A stretch of 64,000 bases of DNA from the human T2T-CHM13v2.0 reference genome, Homo sapiens, in NCBI RefSeq assembly GCF_009914755.1, contig NC_060948.1. One strand, 5' to 3'. Positions 21,597-43,361 of this stretch are shown here, piece after piece. The position numbers were made by a program, and so were the translations under genes. The notes beneath the pieces are model-generated. The model made no database searches and had not been told where the DNA came from. It was given only the letters and a program-made list of their open reading frames with translations. Position 1 is the first letter of the stretch; every line of letters begins with the position of its first letter.

Positions 21597-23700
21597 AGAT
21601 CCATATTTTTTAAATGAAAAAAAATTTCAAAGGTACTCTGCTTGGTACAATAATCAAATGTATAAACTGAGGAATAAAACATAACCATGAAACCTACTTA
21701 TAACTGCATATGGATAATACAGAGGATAATTTTTTAAATAACATATTTTGAAAGCCTTAACTAGTAATTTGAAGAGTTGGCATTTGAAAGGCCAGTATGA
21801 ATATACCTTCAAAGCAGCAACACAGGTTCCCCATGAGAAAAAGCAAACACAGGGAAAATAAAAACACAAAGGTTCAATCTCTTCTGACCTTTGAAAGACA
21901 CAGCACAGACAGTGGTCCTTAGGACGAAGAGCAGGAGACCCCTAATTCCGTCACCATGGCGATAGGGCAAAAACATTGCTGGGTGAGGGCACAATCCACA
22001 TTGTGAGGTCCAACTGCTGCCAGGAAGACAGGAGTGCTTTTACATAGACCGAAAGGTCATTGAAGGCTCAGAGTTTTGTTTCAAGAACTGAATCCCAAGC
22101 CCACACGTTATTAGGCTGCGCTTCTTAAAACAAGTTATGAGATGGGAAAAAGGGCACCCACAAACATACGTATACATTATGTATATAATAATATACAGTG
22201 TCATATATATAATATATATAACCTATGTATAATATTGTTTTACATCCTGCATCTTATGTTATATATATTGTATAAAATATAATAATTGATAATATATAAC
22301 TTTTATAATTATACAATATGACATATAGTATATATTATAATTTATGACATATATAATATATGTTATATATCATATACAGAATATATTATACGGTTAATAT
22401 ACGTATTAAATATAAATTATACATTATATATATTATATATTATATATCTGTTATATATAATACCCATTATGCATAATATATATATTATGTCTATGTTATA
22501 TATAGTATAAAACAACATATAATAATATATAATTGTATATATAAATGCGACATATAATATATATTATATTTTATGACATATGTAATATATATTATATATT
22601 ATATATAATACGTTGTATGTATAATACCTATATTAAATATATATTATATGACTATGTTATTAATTACATGTCACATGTGTTATATATTATATATTTTACA
22701 TAGAATATACCGGTTACATACAATATATACCATGTTACCTATAATGTATAATTTATTACATGTAAAATAAAGAATGCAATATATTATGTATAATTTATAA
22801 TATACAATATGTGGAATGTGATATATATAACATATATTATATGATATATGATATACAGTATATGATATATAACATACAATATATGATTCCTAATATATAT
22901 GGTATACAATATATATTTTATGATATGTATTCTATATGTTTTATATTCTGTTATATATAACTATTTGAAATTATATATAACTGTATAATATTTTATGTAA
23001 ATATGTAATATAATATATATAACTATATCATATATTATATATAACTATATATTATGTTATATATACTTTTATAACATAATTTACATAAAATATCATAATA
23101 TAATATATATTATATTATTTCATATTACATAATATATATTACATATCACCCAATATAACTAACATACATAATATTATAATATAGATTATATTATGTTATA
23201 TTAAATATCATATATATCATGTATCATATATTCTATAATATATATTACACATTATATAATATGTATGTTGTCTATTATGTGATATATATAACTCTATATA
23301 TAATTATATTTTTATACATATAACTAGATAAACATGTAATTCTACATATTTTCATTTATAATATGTAGAATTATATAATCATATATAATTATTTATATTC
23401 TATAAAAAATTTTATCATTATATAAATTATAATATATAAAAATTATAATATGTACTACAAATATATATATTATATATCATATATGATATAGTACCTTTGT
23501 TATATATCATAATACATATAAATGTGTATTATGTTATCTATAATTATATAATTTCATATATAAGATGTATAATATGTATCATATATTATATATGTTATGT
23601 AATATATATAGTATATATAAGATGACACAGGATAAATATTATATACTATGACATATAAAATATATGAGGTTATATGTTACATATAAGGCATAGCACATAA

Positions 23701-24015
<315 letters not shown>

Positions 24016-26119
24016 AGATCCATATTTTTTAAATGAAAAAAAATTTCAAAGGTACTCTGCTTGGTACAATAATCAAATGTATAAACTGAGGAATAAAACA
24101 TAACCATGAAACCTACTTATAACTGCATATGGAAAATACAGAGGATAATTTTTTAAATAACATATTTTGAAAGCCTTAACTAGTAATTTGAAGAGTTGGC
24201 ATTTGAAAGGCCAGTATGAATATACCTTCAAAGCAGCAACACAGGTTCCCCATGAGAAAAAGCAAACACAGGGAAAATAAAAACACAAAGGTTCAATCTC
24301 TTCTGACCTTTGAAAGACACAGCACAGACAGTGGTCCTTAGGACGAAGAGCAGGAGACCCCTAATTCCGTCACCATGGCGATAGGGCATAAACATTGCTG
24401 GGTGAGGGCACAATCCACATTGTGAGGTCCAACTGCTGCCAGGAAGACAGGAGTGCTTTTACATAGACCGAAAGGTCATTGAAGGCTCAGAGTTTTGTTT
24501 CAAGAACTGAATCCCAAGCCCACACGTTATTAGGCTGCGCTTCTTAAAACAAGTTATGAGATGGGAAAAAGGGCACCCACAAACATACGTATACATTATG
24601 TATATAATAATATACAGTGTCATATATATAATATATATAACCTATGTATAATATTGTTTTACATCCTGCATCTTATGTTATATATATTGTATAAAATATA
24701 ATAATTGATAATATATAACTTTTATAATTATACAATATGACATATAGTATATATTATAATTTATGACATATATAATATATGTTATATATCATATACAGAA
24801 TATATTATACGGTTAATATACGTATTAAATATAAATTATACATTATATATATTATATATAATATATCTGTTAAATATATTACCCATTATGCATAATATAT
24901 ATATTATGTCTATGTTATATATAGTATAAAACAACATATAATAATATATAATTGTATATATAAATGCGACATATAATATATATTATATTTTATAACATAT
25001 GTAATATATATTATATATTGTATATAATACGTTGTATGTATAATACCTATATTAAATATATAATATATGACTATGTTATTAATTACATGTCACATGTGTT
25101 ATATATTATATATTTTACATAGAATATACCGGTTACATACAATATATACCATGTTACCTATAATGTATAATTTATTACATGTAAAATAAAGAATGCAATA
25201 TATTATGTATAATTTATAATATACAATATGTGGAATGTGATATATATAACATATAATATATGATATATGATATACAGTATATGATATATAACATACAATA
25301 TATGATTCCTAATATATATGGTATACAATATATATTTTATGATATGTATTCTATATGTTTTATATTCTGTTATATATAACTATTTGAAATTATATATAAC
25401 TGTATAATATTTTATGTAAATATGTAATATAATATATATAACTATATAATATATTATATATAACTATATATTATGTTATATATACTTTTATAACATAATT
25501 TACATAAAATATCATAATATAATATATATTATATTATTTCATATTACATAATATATATTACATATCACCCAATATAACTAACATACATAATATTATAATA
25601 TAGATTATATTATGTTATATTAAATATCATATATATCATGTATCATATATTCTATAATATATATTACACATTATATAATATGTATGTTGTCTATTATGTG
25701 ATATATATAACTATATATATAATTAAATTTTTATACATATAACTAGATAAACATGTAATTCTACATATTTTCATTTATAATATGTAGAAGTATATAATCA
25801 TATATAATTATTTATATTCTATAAAAAATTTTATCATTATATAAATTATAATATATAAAAATTATAATATGTACTACAAATATATATATTATATATCATA
25901 TATGATATAGTACCTTTGTTATATATCATAATACATATAAATGTGTATTATGTTATCTATAATTATATAATTTCATATATAAGATGTATAATATGTATCC
26001 TATATTATATATGTTATGTAATATATATAGTATATATAAGATGACACAGGATAAATATTATATACTATGACATATAAAATATATGAGGTTATATGTTACA
26101 TATAAGGCATAGCACATAA

Positions 26120-26434
<315 letters not shown>

Positions 26435-28538
26435 AGATCCATATTTTTTAAATGAAAAAAAATTTCAAAGGTACTCTGCTTGGTACAATAATCAAATGTA
26501 TAAACTGAGGAATAAAACATAACCATGAAACCTACTTATAACTGCATATGGAAAATACAGAGGATAATTTTTTAAATAACATATTTTGAAAGCCTTAACT
26601 AGTAATTTGAACAGTTGGCATTTGAAAGGCCAGTATGAATATACCTTCAAAGCAGCAACACAGGTTCCCCATGAGAAAAAGCAAACACAGGGAAAATAAA
26701 AACACAAAGGTTCAATCTCTTCTGACCTTTGAAAGACACAGCACAGACAGTGGTCCTTAGGACGAAGAGCAGGAGACCCCTAATTCCGTCACCATGGCGA
26801 TAGGGCATAAACATTGCTGGGTGAGGGCACAATCCACATTGTGAGGTCCAACTGCTGCCAGGAAGACAGGAGTGCTTTTACATAGACCGAAAGGTCATTG
26901 AAGGCTCAGAGTTTTGTTTCAAGAACTGAATCCCAAGCCCACACGTTATTAGGCTGCGCTTCTTAAAACAAGTTATGAGATGGGAAAAAGGGCACCCACA
27001 AACATACGTATACATTATGTATATAATAATATACAGTGTCATATATATAATATATATAACCTATGTATAATATTGTTTTACATCCTGCATCTTATGTTAT
27101 ATATATTGTATAAAATATAATAATTGATAATATATAACTTTTATAATTATACAATATGACATATAGTATATATTATAATTTATGACATATATAATATATG
27201 TTATATATCATATACAGAATATATTATACGGTTAATATACGTATTAAATATAAATTATACATTATATATATTATATATAATATATCTGTTAAATATATTA
27301 CCCATTATGCATAATATATATATTATGTCTATGTTATATATAGTATAAAACAACATATAATAATATATAATTGTATATATAAATGCGACATATAATATAT
27401 ATTATATTTTATAACATATGTAATATATATTATATATTGTATATAATACGTTGTATGTATAATACCTATATTAAATATATAATATATGACTATGTTATTA
27501 ATTACATGTCACATGTGTTATATATTATATATTTTACATAGAATATACCGGTTACATACAATATATACCATGTTACCTATAATGTATAATTTATTACATG
27601 TAAAATAAAGAATGCAATATATTATGTATAATTTATAATATACAATATGTGGAATGTGATATATATAACATATAATATATGATATATGATATACAGTATA
27701 TGATATATAACATACAATATATGATTCCTAATATATATGGTATACAATATATATTTTATGATATGTATTCTATATGTTTTATATTCTGTTATATATAACT
27801 ATTTGAAATTATATATAACTGTATAATATTTTATGTAAATATGTAATATAATATATATAACTATATAATATATTATATATAACTATATATTATGTTATAT
27901 ATACTTTTATAACATAATTTACATAAAATATCATAATATAATATATATTATATTATTTCATATTACATAATATATATTACATATCACCCAATATAACTAA
28001 CATACATAATATTATAATATAGATTATATTATGTTATATTAAATATCATATATATCATGTATCATATATTCTATAATATATATTACACATTATATAATAT
28101 GTATGTTGTCTATTATGTGATATATATAACTATATATATAATTAAATTTTTATACATATAACTAGATAAACATGTAATTCTACATATTTTCATTTATAAT
28201 ATGTAGAAGTATATAATCATATATAATTATTTATATTCTATAAAAAATTTTATCATTATATAAATTATAATATATAAAAATTATAATATGTACTACAAAT
28301 ATATATATTATATATCATATATGATATAGTACCTTTGTTATATATCATAATACATATAAATGTGTATTATGTTATCTATAATTATATAATTTCATATATA
28401 AGATGTATAATATGTATCCTATATTATATATGTTATGTAATATATATAGTATATATAAGATGACACAGGATAAATATTATATACTATGACATATAAAATA
28501 TATGAGGTTATATGTTACATATAAGGCATAGCACATAA

Positions 28539-28853
<315 letters not shown>

Positions 28854-30957
28854 AGATCCATATTTTTTAAATGAAAAAAAATTTCAAAGGTACTCTGCTT
28901 GGTACAATAATCAAATGTATAAACTGAGGAATAAAACATAACCATGAAACCTACTTATAACTGCATATGGAAAATACAGAGGATAATTTTTTAAATAACA
29001 TATTTTGAAAGCCTTAACTAGTAATTTGAAGAGTTGGCATTTGAAAGGCCAGTATGAATATACCTTCAAAGCAGCAACACAGGTTCCCCATGAGAAAAGG
29101 CAAACACAGGGAAAATAAAAACACAAAGGTTCAATCTCTTCTGACCTTTGAAAGACACAGCACAGACAGTGGTCCTTAGGACGAAGAGCAGGAGACCCCT
29201 AATTCCGTCACCATGGCGATAGGGCATAAACATTGCTGGGTGAGGGCACAATCCACATTGTGAGGTCCAACTGCTGCCAGGAAGACAGGAGTGCTTTTAC
29301 ATAGACCGAAAGGTCATTGAAGGCTCAGAGTTTTGTTTCAAGAACTGAATCCCAAGCCCACACGTTATTAGGCTGCGCTTCTTAAAACAAGTTATGAGAT
29401 GGGAAAAAGGGCACCCACAAACATACGTATACATTATGTATATAATAATATACAGTGTCATATATATAATATATATAACCTATGTATAATATTGTTTTAC
29501 ATCCTGCATCTTATGTTATATATATTGTATAAAATATAATAATTGATAATATATAACTTTTATAATTATACAATATGACATATAGTATATATTATAATTT
29601 ATGACATATATAATATATGTTATATATCATATACAGAATATATTATACGGTTAATATACGTATTAAATATAAATTATACATTATATATATTATATATAAT
29701 ATATCTGTTAAATATATTACCCATTATGCATAATATATATATTATGTCTATGTTATATATAGTATAAAACAACATATAATAATATATAATTGTATATATA
29801 AATGCGACATATAATATATATTATATTTTATAACATATGTAATATATATTATATATTGTATATAATACGTTGTATGTATAATACCTATATTAAATATATA
29901 ATATATGACTATGTTATTAATTACATGTCACATGTGTTATATATTATATATTTTACATAGAATATACCGGTTACATACAATATATACCATGTTACCTATA
30001 ATGTATAATTTATTACATGTAAAATAAAGAATGCAATATATTATGTATAATTTATAATATACAATATGTGGAATGTGATATATATAACATATAATATATG
30101 ATATATGATATACAGTATATGATATATAACATACAATATATGATTCCTAATATATATGGTATACAATATATATTTTATGATATGTATTCTATATGTTTTA
30201 TATTCTGTTATATATAACTATTTGAAATTATATATAACTGTATAATATTTTATGTAAATATGTAATATAATATATATAACTATATAATATATTATATATA
30301 ACTATATATTATGTTATATATACTTTTATAACATAATTTACATAAAATATCATAATATAATATATATTATATTATTTCATATTACATAATATATATTACA
30401 TATCACCCAATATAACTAACATACATAATATTATAATATAGATTATATTATGTTATATTAAATATCATATATATCATGTATCATATATTCTATAATATAT
30501 ATTACACATTATATAATATGTATGTTGTCTATTATGTGATATATATAACTATATATATAATTAAATTTTTATACATATAACTAGATAAACATGTAATTCT
30601 ACATATTTTCATTTATAATATGTAGAAGTATATAATCATATATAATTATTTATATTCTATAAAAAATTTTATCATTATATAAATTATAATATATAAAAAT
30701 TATAATATGTACTACAAATATATATATTATATATCATATATGATATAGTACCTTTGTTATATATCATAATACATATAAATGTGTATTATGTTATCTATAA
30801 TTATATAATTTCATATATAAGATGTATAATATGTATCCTATATTATATATGTTATGTAATATATATAGTATATATAAGATGACACAGGATAAATATTATA
30901 TACTATGACATATAAAATATATGAGGTTATATGTTACATATAAGGCATAGCACATAA

Positions 30958-31272
<315 letters not shown>

Positions 31273-33376
31273 AGATCCATATTTTTTAAATGAAAAAAAA
31301 TTTCAAAGGTACTCTGCTTGGTACAATAATCAAATGTATAAACTGAGGAATAAAACATAACCATGAAACCTACTTATAACTGCATATGGAAAATACAGAG
31401 GATAATTTTTTAAATAACATATTTTGAAAGCCTTAACTAGTAATTTGAAGAGTTGGCATTTGAAAGGCCAGTATGAATATACCTTCAAAGCAGCAACACA
31501 GGTTCCCCATGAGAAAAGGCAAACACAGGGAAAATAAAAACACAAAGGTTCAATCTCTTCTGACCTTTGAAAGACACAGCACAGACAGTGGTCCTTAGGA
31601 CGAAGAGCAGGAGACCCCTAATTCCGTCACCATGGCGATAGGGCATAAACATTGCTGGGTGAGGGCACAATCCACATTGTGAGGTCCAACTGCTGCCAGG
31701 AAGACAGGAGTGCTTTTACATAGACCAAAAGGTCATTGAAGGCTCAGAGTTTTGTTTCAAGAACTGAATCCCAAGCCCACACGTTATTAGGCTGCGTTTC
31801 TTAAAACAAGTTATGAGATGGGAAAAAGGGCACCCACAAACATACGTATACATTATGTATATAATAATATACAGTGTCATATATATAATATATATAACCT
31901 ATGTATAATATTGTTTTACATCCTGCATCTTATGTTATATATATTGTATAAAATATAATAATTGATAATATATAACTTTTATAATTATACAATATGACAT
32001 ATAGTATATATTATAATTTATGACATATATAATATATGTTATATATCATATACAGAATATATTATACGGTTAATATACGTATTAAATATAAATTATACAT
32101 TATATATATTATATATAATATATCTGTTATATATAATACCCATTATGCATAATATATATATTATGTCTATGTTATATATAGTATAAAACAACATATAATA
32201 ATATATAATTGTATATATAAATGCGACATATAATATATATTATATTTTATGACATATGTAATATATATTATATATTATATATAATACGTTGTATGTATAA
32301 TACCTATATTAAATATATATTATATGACTATGTTATTAATTACATGTCACATGTGTTATATATTATATATTTTACATAGAATATACCGGTTACATACAAT
32401 ATATACCATGTTACCTATAATGTATAATTTATTACATGTAAAATAAAGAATGCAATATATTATGTATAATTTATAATATACAATATGTGGAATGTGATAT
32501 ATATAATATATAATATATGATATATGATATACAGTATATGATATATAACATACAATATATGATTCCTAATATATATGGTATACAATATATATTTTATGAT
32601 ATGTATTCTATATGTTTTATATTCTGTTATATATAACTATTTGAAATTATATATAACTGTATAATATTTTATGTAAATATGTAATATAATATATATAACT
32701 ATATAATATATTATATATAACTATATATTATGTTATATATACTTTTATAACATAATTTACATAAAATATCATAATATAATATATATTATATTATTTCATA
32801 TTACATAATATATATTACATATCACCCAATATAACTAACATACATAATATCATAATATAGATTATATTATGTTATATTAAATATCATATATATCATGTAT
32901 CATATATTCTATAATATATATTACACATTATATAATATGTATGTTGTCTATTATGTGATATATATAACTATATATATAATTATATTTTTATACATATAAC
33001 TAGATAAACATGTAATTCTACATATTTTCATTTATAATATGTAGAAGTATATAATCATATATAATTATTTATATTCTATAAAAAATTTTATCATTATATA
33101 AATTATAATATATAAAAATTATAATATATACTACAAATATATATATTATATATCATATATGATATAGTACCTTTGTTATATATCATAATACATATAAATG
33201 TGTATTATGTTATCTATAATTATATAATTTCATATATAAGATGTATAATATGAATCATATATTATATATGTTATGTAATATATATAGTATATATAAGATG
33301 ACACAGGATAAATATTATATACTATGACATATAAAATATATGAGGTTATATGTTACATATAAGGCATAGCACATAA

Positions 33377-33691
<315 letters not shown>

Positions 33692-35795
33692 AGATCCATA
33701 TTTTTTAAATGAAAAAAAATTTCAAAGGTACTCTGCTTGGTACAATAATCAAATGTATAAACTGAGGAATAAAACATAACCATGAAACCTACTTATAACT
33801 GCATATGGATAATACAGAGGATAATTTTTTAAATAACATATTTTGAAAGCCTTAACTAGTAATTTGAAGAGTTGGCATTTGAAAGGCCAGTATGAATATA
33901 CCTTCAAAGCAGCAACACAGGTTCCCCATGAGAAAAAGCAAACACAGGGAAAATAAAAACACAAAGGTTCAATCTCTTCTGACCTTTGAAAGACACAGCA
34001 CAGACAGTGGTCCTTAGGACGAAGAGCAGGAGACCCCTAATTCCGTCACCATGGCGATAGGGCAAAAACATTGCTGGGTGAGGGCACAATCCACATTGTG
34101 AGGTCCAACTGCTGCCAGGAAGACAGGAGTGCTTTTACATAGACCGAAAGGTCATTGAAGGCTCAGAGTTTTGTTTCAAGAACTGAATCCCAAGCCCACA
34201 CGTTATTAGGCTGCGCTTCTTAAAACAAGTTATGAGATGGGAAAAAGGGCACCCACAAACATACGTATACATTATGTATATAATAATATACAGTGTCATA
34301 TATATAATATATATAACCTATGTATAATATTGTTTTACATCCTGCATCTTATGTTATATATATTGTATAAAATATAATAATTGATAATATATAACTTTTA
34401 TAATTATACAATATGACATATAGTATATATTATAATTTATGACATATATAATATATGTTATATATCATATACAGAATATATTATACGGTTAATATACGTA
34501 TTAAATATAAATTATACATTATATATATTATATATTATATATCTGTTATATATAATACCCATTATGCATAATATATATATTATGTCTATGTTATATATAG
34601 TATAAAACAACATATAATAATATATAATTGTATATATAAATGCGACATATAATATATATTATATTTTATGACATATGTAATATATATTATATATTATATA
34701 TAATACGTTGTATGTATAATACCTATATTAAATATATATTATATGACTATGTTATTAATTACATGTCACATGTGTTATATATTATATATTTTACATAGAA
34801 TATACCGGTTACATACAATATATACCATGTTACCTATAATGTATAATTTATTACATGTAAAATAAAGAATGCAATATATTATGTATAATTTATAATATAC
34901 AATATGTGGAATGTGATATATATAACATATATTATATGATATATGATATACAGTATATGATATATAACATACAATATATGATTCCTAATATATATGGTAT
35001 ACAATATATATTTTATGATATGTATTCTATATGTTTTATATTCTGTTATATATAACTATTTGAAATTATATATAACTGTATAATATTTTATGTAAATATG
35101 TAATATAATATATATAACTATATCATATATTATATATAACTATATATTATGTTATATATACTTTTATAACATAATTTACATAAAATATCATAATATAATA
35201 TATATTATATTATTTCATATTACATAATATATATTACATATCACCCAATATAACTAACATACATAATATTATAATATAGATTATATTATGTTATATTAAA
35301 TATCATATATATCATGTATCATATATTCTATAATATATATTACACATTATATAATATGTATGTTGTCTATTATGTGATATATATAACTATATATATAATT
35401 AAATTTTTATACATATAACTAGATAAACATGTAATTCTACATATTTTCATTTATAATATGTAGAAGTATATAATCATATATAATTATTTATATTCTATAA
35501 AAAATTTTATCATTATATAAATTATAATATATAAAAATTATAATATGTACTACAAATATATATATTATATATCATATATGATATAGTACCTTTGTTATAT
35601 ATCATAATACATATAAATGTGTATTATGTTATCTATAATTATATAATTTCATATATAAGATGTATAATATGTATCCTATATTATATATGTTATGTAATAT
35701 ATATAGTATATATAAGATGACACAGGATAAATATTATATACTATGACATATAAAATATATGAGGTTATATGTTACATATAAGGCATAGCACATAA

Positions 35796-36110
<315 letters not shown>

Positions 36111-38208
36111 AGATCCATATTTTTTAAATGAAAAAAAATTTCAAAGGTACTCTGCTTGGTACAATAATCAAATGTATAAACTGAGGAATAAAACATAACC
36201 ATGAAACCTACTTATAACTGCATATGGAAAATACAGAGGATAATTTTTTAAATACCATATTTTGAAAGCCTTAACTAGTAATTTGAAGAGTTGGCATTTG
36301 AAAGGCCAGTATGAACATACCTTCAAAGCAGCAACACAGGTTCCCCATGAGAAAAAGCAAACTCAGGGAAAATAAAAACACAAAGGTTCAATCTCTTCTG
36401 ACCTTTGAAAGACACAGCACAGACAGTGGTCCTTAGGACGAAGAGCAGGAGACCCCTAATTCCGTCACCATGGCGATAGGGCATAAACATTGCTGGGTGA
36501 GGGCACAATCCACATTGAGAGGTCCAACTGCTGCCAGGAAGACAGGAGTGCTTTTACATAGACCGAAAGGTCATTGAAGGCTCAGAGTTTTGTTTCAAGA
36601 ACTGAATCCCAAGCCCACACGTTATTAGGCTGCGCTTCTTAAAACAAGTTATGAGATGGGAAAAAGGGCACCCACAAACATACGTATACATAATGTATAT
36701 AATAATATACAGTATCATATATATAATATATATAACCTATGTATAATATTGTTTTACATCATGCATCTTATATTATATATATTGTATAAAATATAATAAT
36801 TCATAATATATAACGTTTATATTTATACAATATGACATGTAGTATACATTATAAATTATGACATATATAATATATGTTATATATCATATATAGAATATAT
36901 TATACAGTTAATATACGTATTAAATATAAATTATACATTATATATATTATATAAAATATATCTGTTATATATAATACCCTTTATGCATAATATATATATT
37001 ATGTCTATGTTATATAAAGTATAAAACAACATATAATAATATATAATTGTATATATAAAATGCGACATATAATATATATTATATTTTATGACATATGTAA
37101 TATATATTATATATTATATATAATACGTTGTATGTATAATACCTATATTAAATATATATTATATGACTATGTTATTAATTACATGTCACATATGTTATAT
37201 ATTACATATTTTACATAGAATATACCGGTTACATGCAATATGTACTATGTTACCTATAATGTATAATTGATTACATGTAAAATAAAGAATGCAATATATT
37301 ATGTATAATTTATAATATACAATATGTGGAATGTGATATATATAACATATAATATATGATATATGATATACAGTATATGATATATAACATACAATATATG
37401 ATACCTAATATATATGGTATACAATATATATTTTATGATATGTATTCTATATGTTTTATATTCTGTTATATATAACTATTTGAAATTATATATAACTGTA
37501 TAATATTTTATGCAAATATGTAATATAATATATATAACTATATAATATATTATATATAACTATATATTATGCTATATATACTTTTATACCATAATTTACA
37601 TTAAATATCATAATATAATATATATTATATTATTTCACATTACATAATATATATTACATATCACCCAATATAAGTAACATACATAATATTATAATATAGA
37701 TTATATTATGTTATATTAAATATCATATATATCATGTATCATATATTCTATAATATATATTACACATTATATAATGTGTATGTTGTCTATTATGTGATAT
37801 ATATAACTATATATATAATTATATTATTATACATATAACTAGATAAACATGTAATTCTACATATTTTCATTTATAATATATAGAATTATATAATCATATA
37901 TAATTATTTATATTCTATAAAAAATTATATCATTATATAAATTATAATATAAAAAAATTATAATATGTACTACAAATATATATATTATATATCATATATG
38001 ATATAGTACCTTTGTTATATATCATAATACATATAAATGTGTATTATGTTATCTATAATTATATAATTTCATATATAAGATGTATAATATGTATTATATA
38101 TTGTATATGTTATGTAATATATATAGTATATATAAGCTGACACAGGATAAATATTATATACTATGACATATAAAATATATGAGGTTATATGTTACATATA
38201 AGGCATAG

Positions 38209-38529
<321 letters not shown>

Positions 38530-40638
38530 AGATCCATATTTTTTAAATGAAAAAAAATTTCAAAGGTACTCTGCTTGGTACAATAATCAAATGTATAAAC
38601 TGAGGAATAAAACATAACCATGAAACCTACTTATAACTGCATATGGAAAATACAGAGGATAATTTTTTTAATAACATATTTTGAAAACCTTAACTAGTAA
38701 TTTGAAGAGTTGGCATTTGTAAGGCCAGTATGAATATACCTTCAAAGCAGCAACACAGGTTCCCCATGAGAAAAAGCAAACTCAGGGAAAATAAAACCAC
38801 AAAGGTTCAATCTCTTCTGACCTTTGAAAGACACAGCACAGACAGTGGTCCTTAGGACGAAGAGCAGGAGACCCCTAATTCCGTCACCATGGCGATAGGG
38901 CATAAACATTGCTGGGTGAGGGCACAATCCACATTGAGAGGTCCAACTGCTGCCAGGAAGACAGGAGTGCTTTTACATAGACCGAAAGGTCATTGAAGGC
39001 TCAGAGTTTTGTTTCAAGAACTGAATCCCAAGCCCACACGTTATTAGGCTGCGCTTCTTAAAACAAGTTATGAGATGGGAAAAAGGGCACCCACAAACAT
39101 ACGTATACATTATGTATATAATAATATACAGTATCATATATATAATATATATAACCTATGTATAATATTGTTTTACATCATGCATCTTATATTATATATA
39201 TTGTATAAAATATAATAATTCATAATATATAACGTTTATATTTATACAATATGACATATAGTATATATTATAATTTATGACATATATAATATATGTTATA
39301 TATCATATATAGAATATATTATACGGTTAATATACGTATTAAATATAAATTATACATTATATATATTATATAAAATATATCTGTTATATATAATACCCTT
39401 TATGCATAATATATATATTATGTCTATGTTATATATAGTATAAAACAACATATAATAATATATAATTGTATATATAAAATGCGACATATAATATATATTA
39501 TATTTTATGACATATGTAATATATATTATATATTATATATAATACGTTGTATGTATAATACCTATATTAAATATATATTATATGACTATGTTATTAACTA
39601 CATGTCACATATGTTATATATTATATATTTTACATAGAATATACCGGTTACATACAATTTATACTATGTTACCTATAATGTATAATTGATTACATGTAAA
39701 ATAAAGAATGCAGTATATTATGTATAATTTATAATATACAATATGTGGAATGTGATATATATAACATATAATATATGATATATGATATACAGTATATGAT
39801 ATATAACATAAAATATATGATACCTAGTATGTATGGTATACAATATATATTTTATGATATGTATTCTATATGTTTTATATTCTGTTATATATAACTATTT
39901 GAAATTATATATAACTGTATAATATTTTATGTAAATATGTAATATAATATATATAACTATATAATATATTATATATAACTATATATTATGTTATATATAC
40001 TTTTATATCATAATTTACATAAAATGTCATAATATAATATATATTATATTATTTCATATTACATAATATATATTACATGTCACCCAATATAAGTAACATA
40101 CATAATATTATAATATAGATTATATTATGTTATGTTAAATATCATATATATCATGTATCATATATTCTATAATATATATTATACATTATATAATATGTAT
40201 GTTGACTACTATGTGATATATATAACTATATATTATTATATTATTATACATATAACTAGATAAAAATGTAATTCTACATATTTTCATTTATAATATATAG
40301 AATTATATAATCATATATAATTATTTATATTCTATAAAAAATTATATCATTATATAAATTATAATATAAAAAAATATAATATGTACTACAAATATATATA
40401 TTATATATCATATATGATATAGTACCTTTGTTATATATCATAATACATATAAATGTGTATTATGTTATCTATAATTATATAATTTCATATATAAGATGTA
40501 TAATATGTATTATATATTGTATATGTTATGTAATATATATAGTATATATAAGCTGACACAGGATAAATATTATATACTATGACATATAAAATATATGAGG
40601 TTATATGTTACATATAAGGCATAGCACATAACATGTAA

Positions 40639-40945
<307 letters not shown>

Positions 40946-43054
40946 AGATCCATATTTTTTAAATGAAAAAAAATTTCAAAGGTACTCTGCTTGGTACAAT
41001 AATCAAATGTATAAACTGAGGAATAAAACATAACCATGAAAACTACTTATAACTACATATGGAAAATACAGAAGATAATTTTTTAAATAACATATTTTGA
41101 AAGCCTTAACTAGTAATTTGAAGAGTTGGCATTTGTAAGGCCAGTATGAATATACCTTCAAAGCAGCAACACAGGTTCCCCATGAGGAAAAGCAAACTCA
41201 GGGAAAATAAAACCACAAAGGTTCAATCTCTTCTGACCTTTGAAAGACACAGCACAGACAGTGGTCCTTAGGACGAAGAGCAGGAGACCCCTAATTCCGT
41301 CACCATGGCGATAGGGCATAAACATTGCTGGGTGAGGGCACAATCCACATTGTGAGGTCCAACTGCTGCCAGGAAGACAGGAGTGCTTTTACATAGACCG
41401 AAAGGTCATTGAAGGCTCAGAGTTTTGTTTCAAGAACTGAATCCCAAGCCCACACGTTATTAGGCTGCGCTTCTTAAAACAAGTTATGAGATGGGAAAAA
41501 GGGCACCCACAAACATACGTATACATTATGTATATAATAATATACAGTATCATATATAAAATATGTATAACCTATGTATAATATTGTTTTACATCCTGCA
41601 TCTTATATTATATATATTGTATAAAATATAATAATTCATAATATATAACGTTTATATTTATACAATATGACATATAGTATATATTATAATTTATGACATA
41701 TATAATATATGTTATATATCATATATAGAATATATTATACGGTTAATATACGTATTAAATATAAATTATACATTATATATATTATATAAAATATATCTGT
41801 TATATATAATACCCTTTATGCATAATATATATATTATGTCTATGTTATATATAGTATAAAACAACATATAATAATATATAATTGTATATATAAAATGCGA
41901 CATATAATATATATTATATTTTATGACATATGTAATATATATTATATATTATATATAATACGTTGTATGTATAATACCTATATTAAATATATATTATATG
42001 ACTATGTTATTAACTACATGTCACATATGTTATATATTATATATTTTACATAGAATATACCGGTTACATACAATTTATACTATGTTACCTATAATGTATA
42101 ATTGATTACATGTAAAATAAAGAATGCAGTATATTATGTATAATTTATAATATACAATATGTGGAATGTGATATATATAACATATAATATATGATATATG
42201 ATATACAGTATATGATATATAACATAAAATATATGATACCTAGTATGTATGGTATACAATATATATTTTATGATATGTATTCTATATGTTTTATATTCTG
42301 TTATATATAACTATTTGAAATTATATATAACTGTATAATATTTTATGTAAATATGTAATATAATATATATAACTATATAATATATTATATATAACTATAT
42401 ATTATGTTATATATACTTTTATATCATAATTTACATAAAATGTCATAATATAATATATATTATATTATTTCATATTACATAATATATATTACATGTCACC
42501 CAATATAAGTAACATACATAATATTATAATATAGATTATATTATGTTATGTTAAATATCATATATATCATGTATCATATATTCTATAATATATATTATAC
42601 ATTATATAATATGTATGTTGACTACTATGTGATATATATAACTATATATTATTATATTATTATACATATAACTAGATAAAAATGTAATTCTACATATTTT
42701 CATTTATAATATATAGAATTATATAATCATATATAATTATTTATATTCTATAAAAAATTATATCATTATATAAATTATAATATAAAAAAATATAATATGT
42801 ACTACAAATATATATATTATATATCATATATGATATAGTACCTTTGTTATATATCATAATACATATAAATGTGTATTATGTTATCTATAATTATATAATT
42901 TCATATATAAGATGTATAATATGTATTATATATTGTATATGTTATGTAATATATATAGTATATATAAGCTGACACAGGATAAATATTATATACTATGACA
43001 TATAAAATATATGAGGTTATATGTTACATATAAGGCATAGCACATAACATGTAA

Positions 43055-43361
<307 letters not shown>
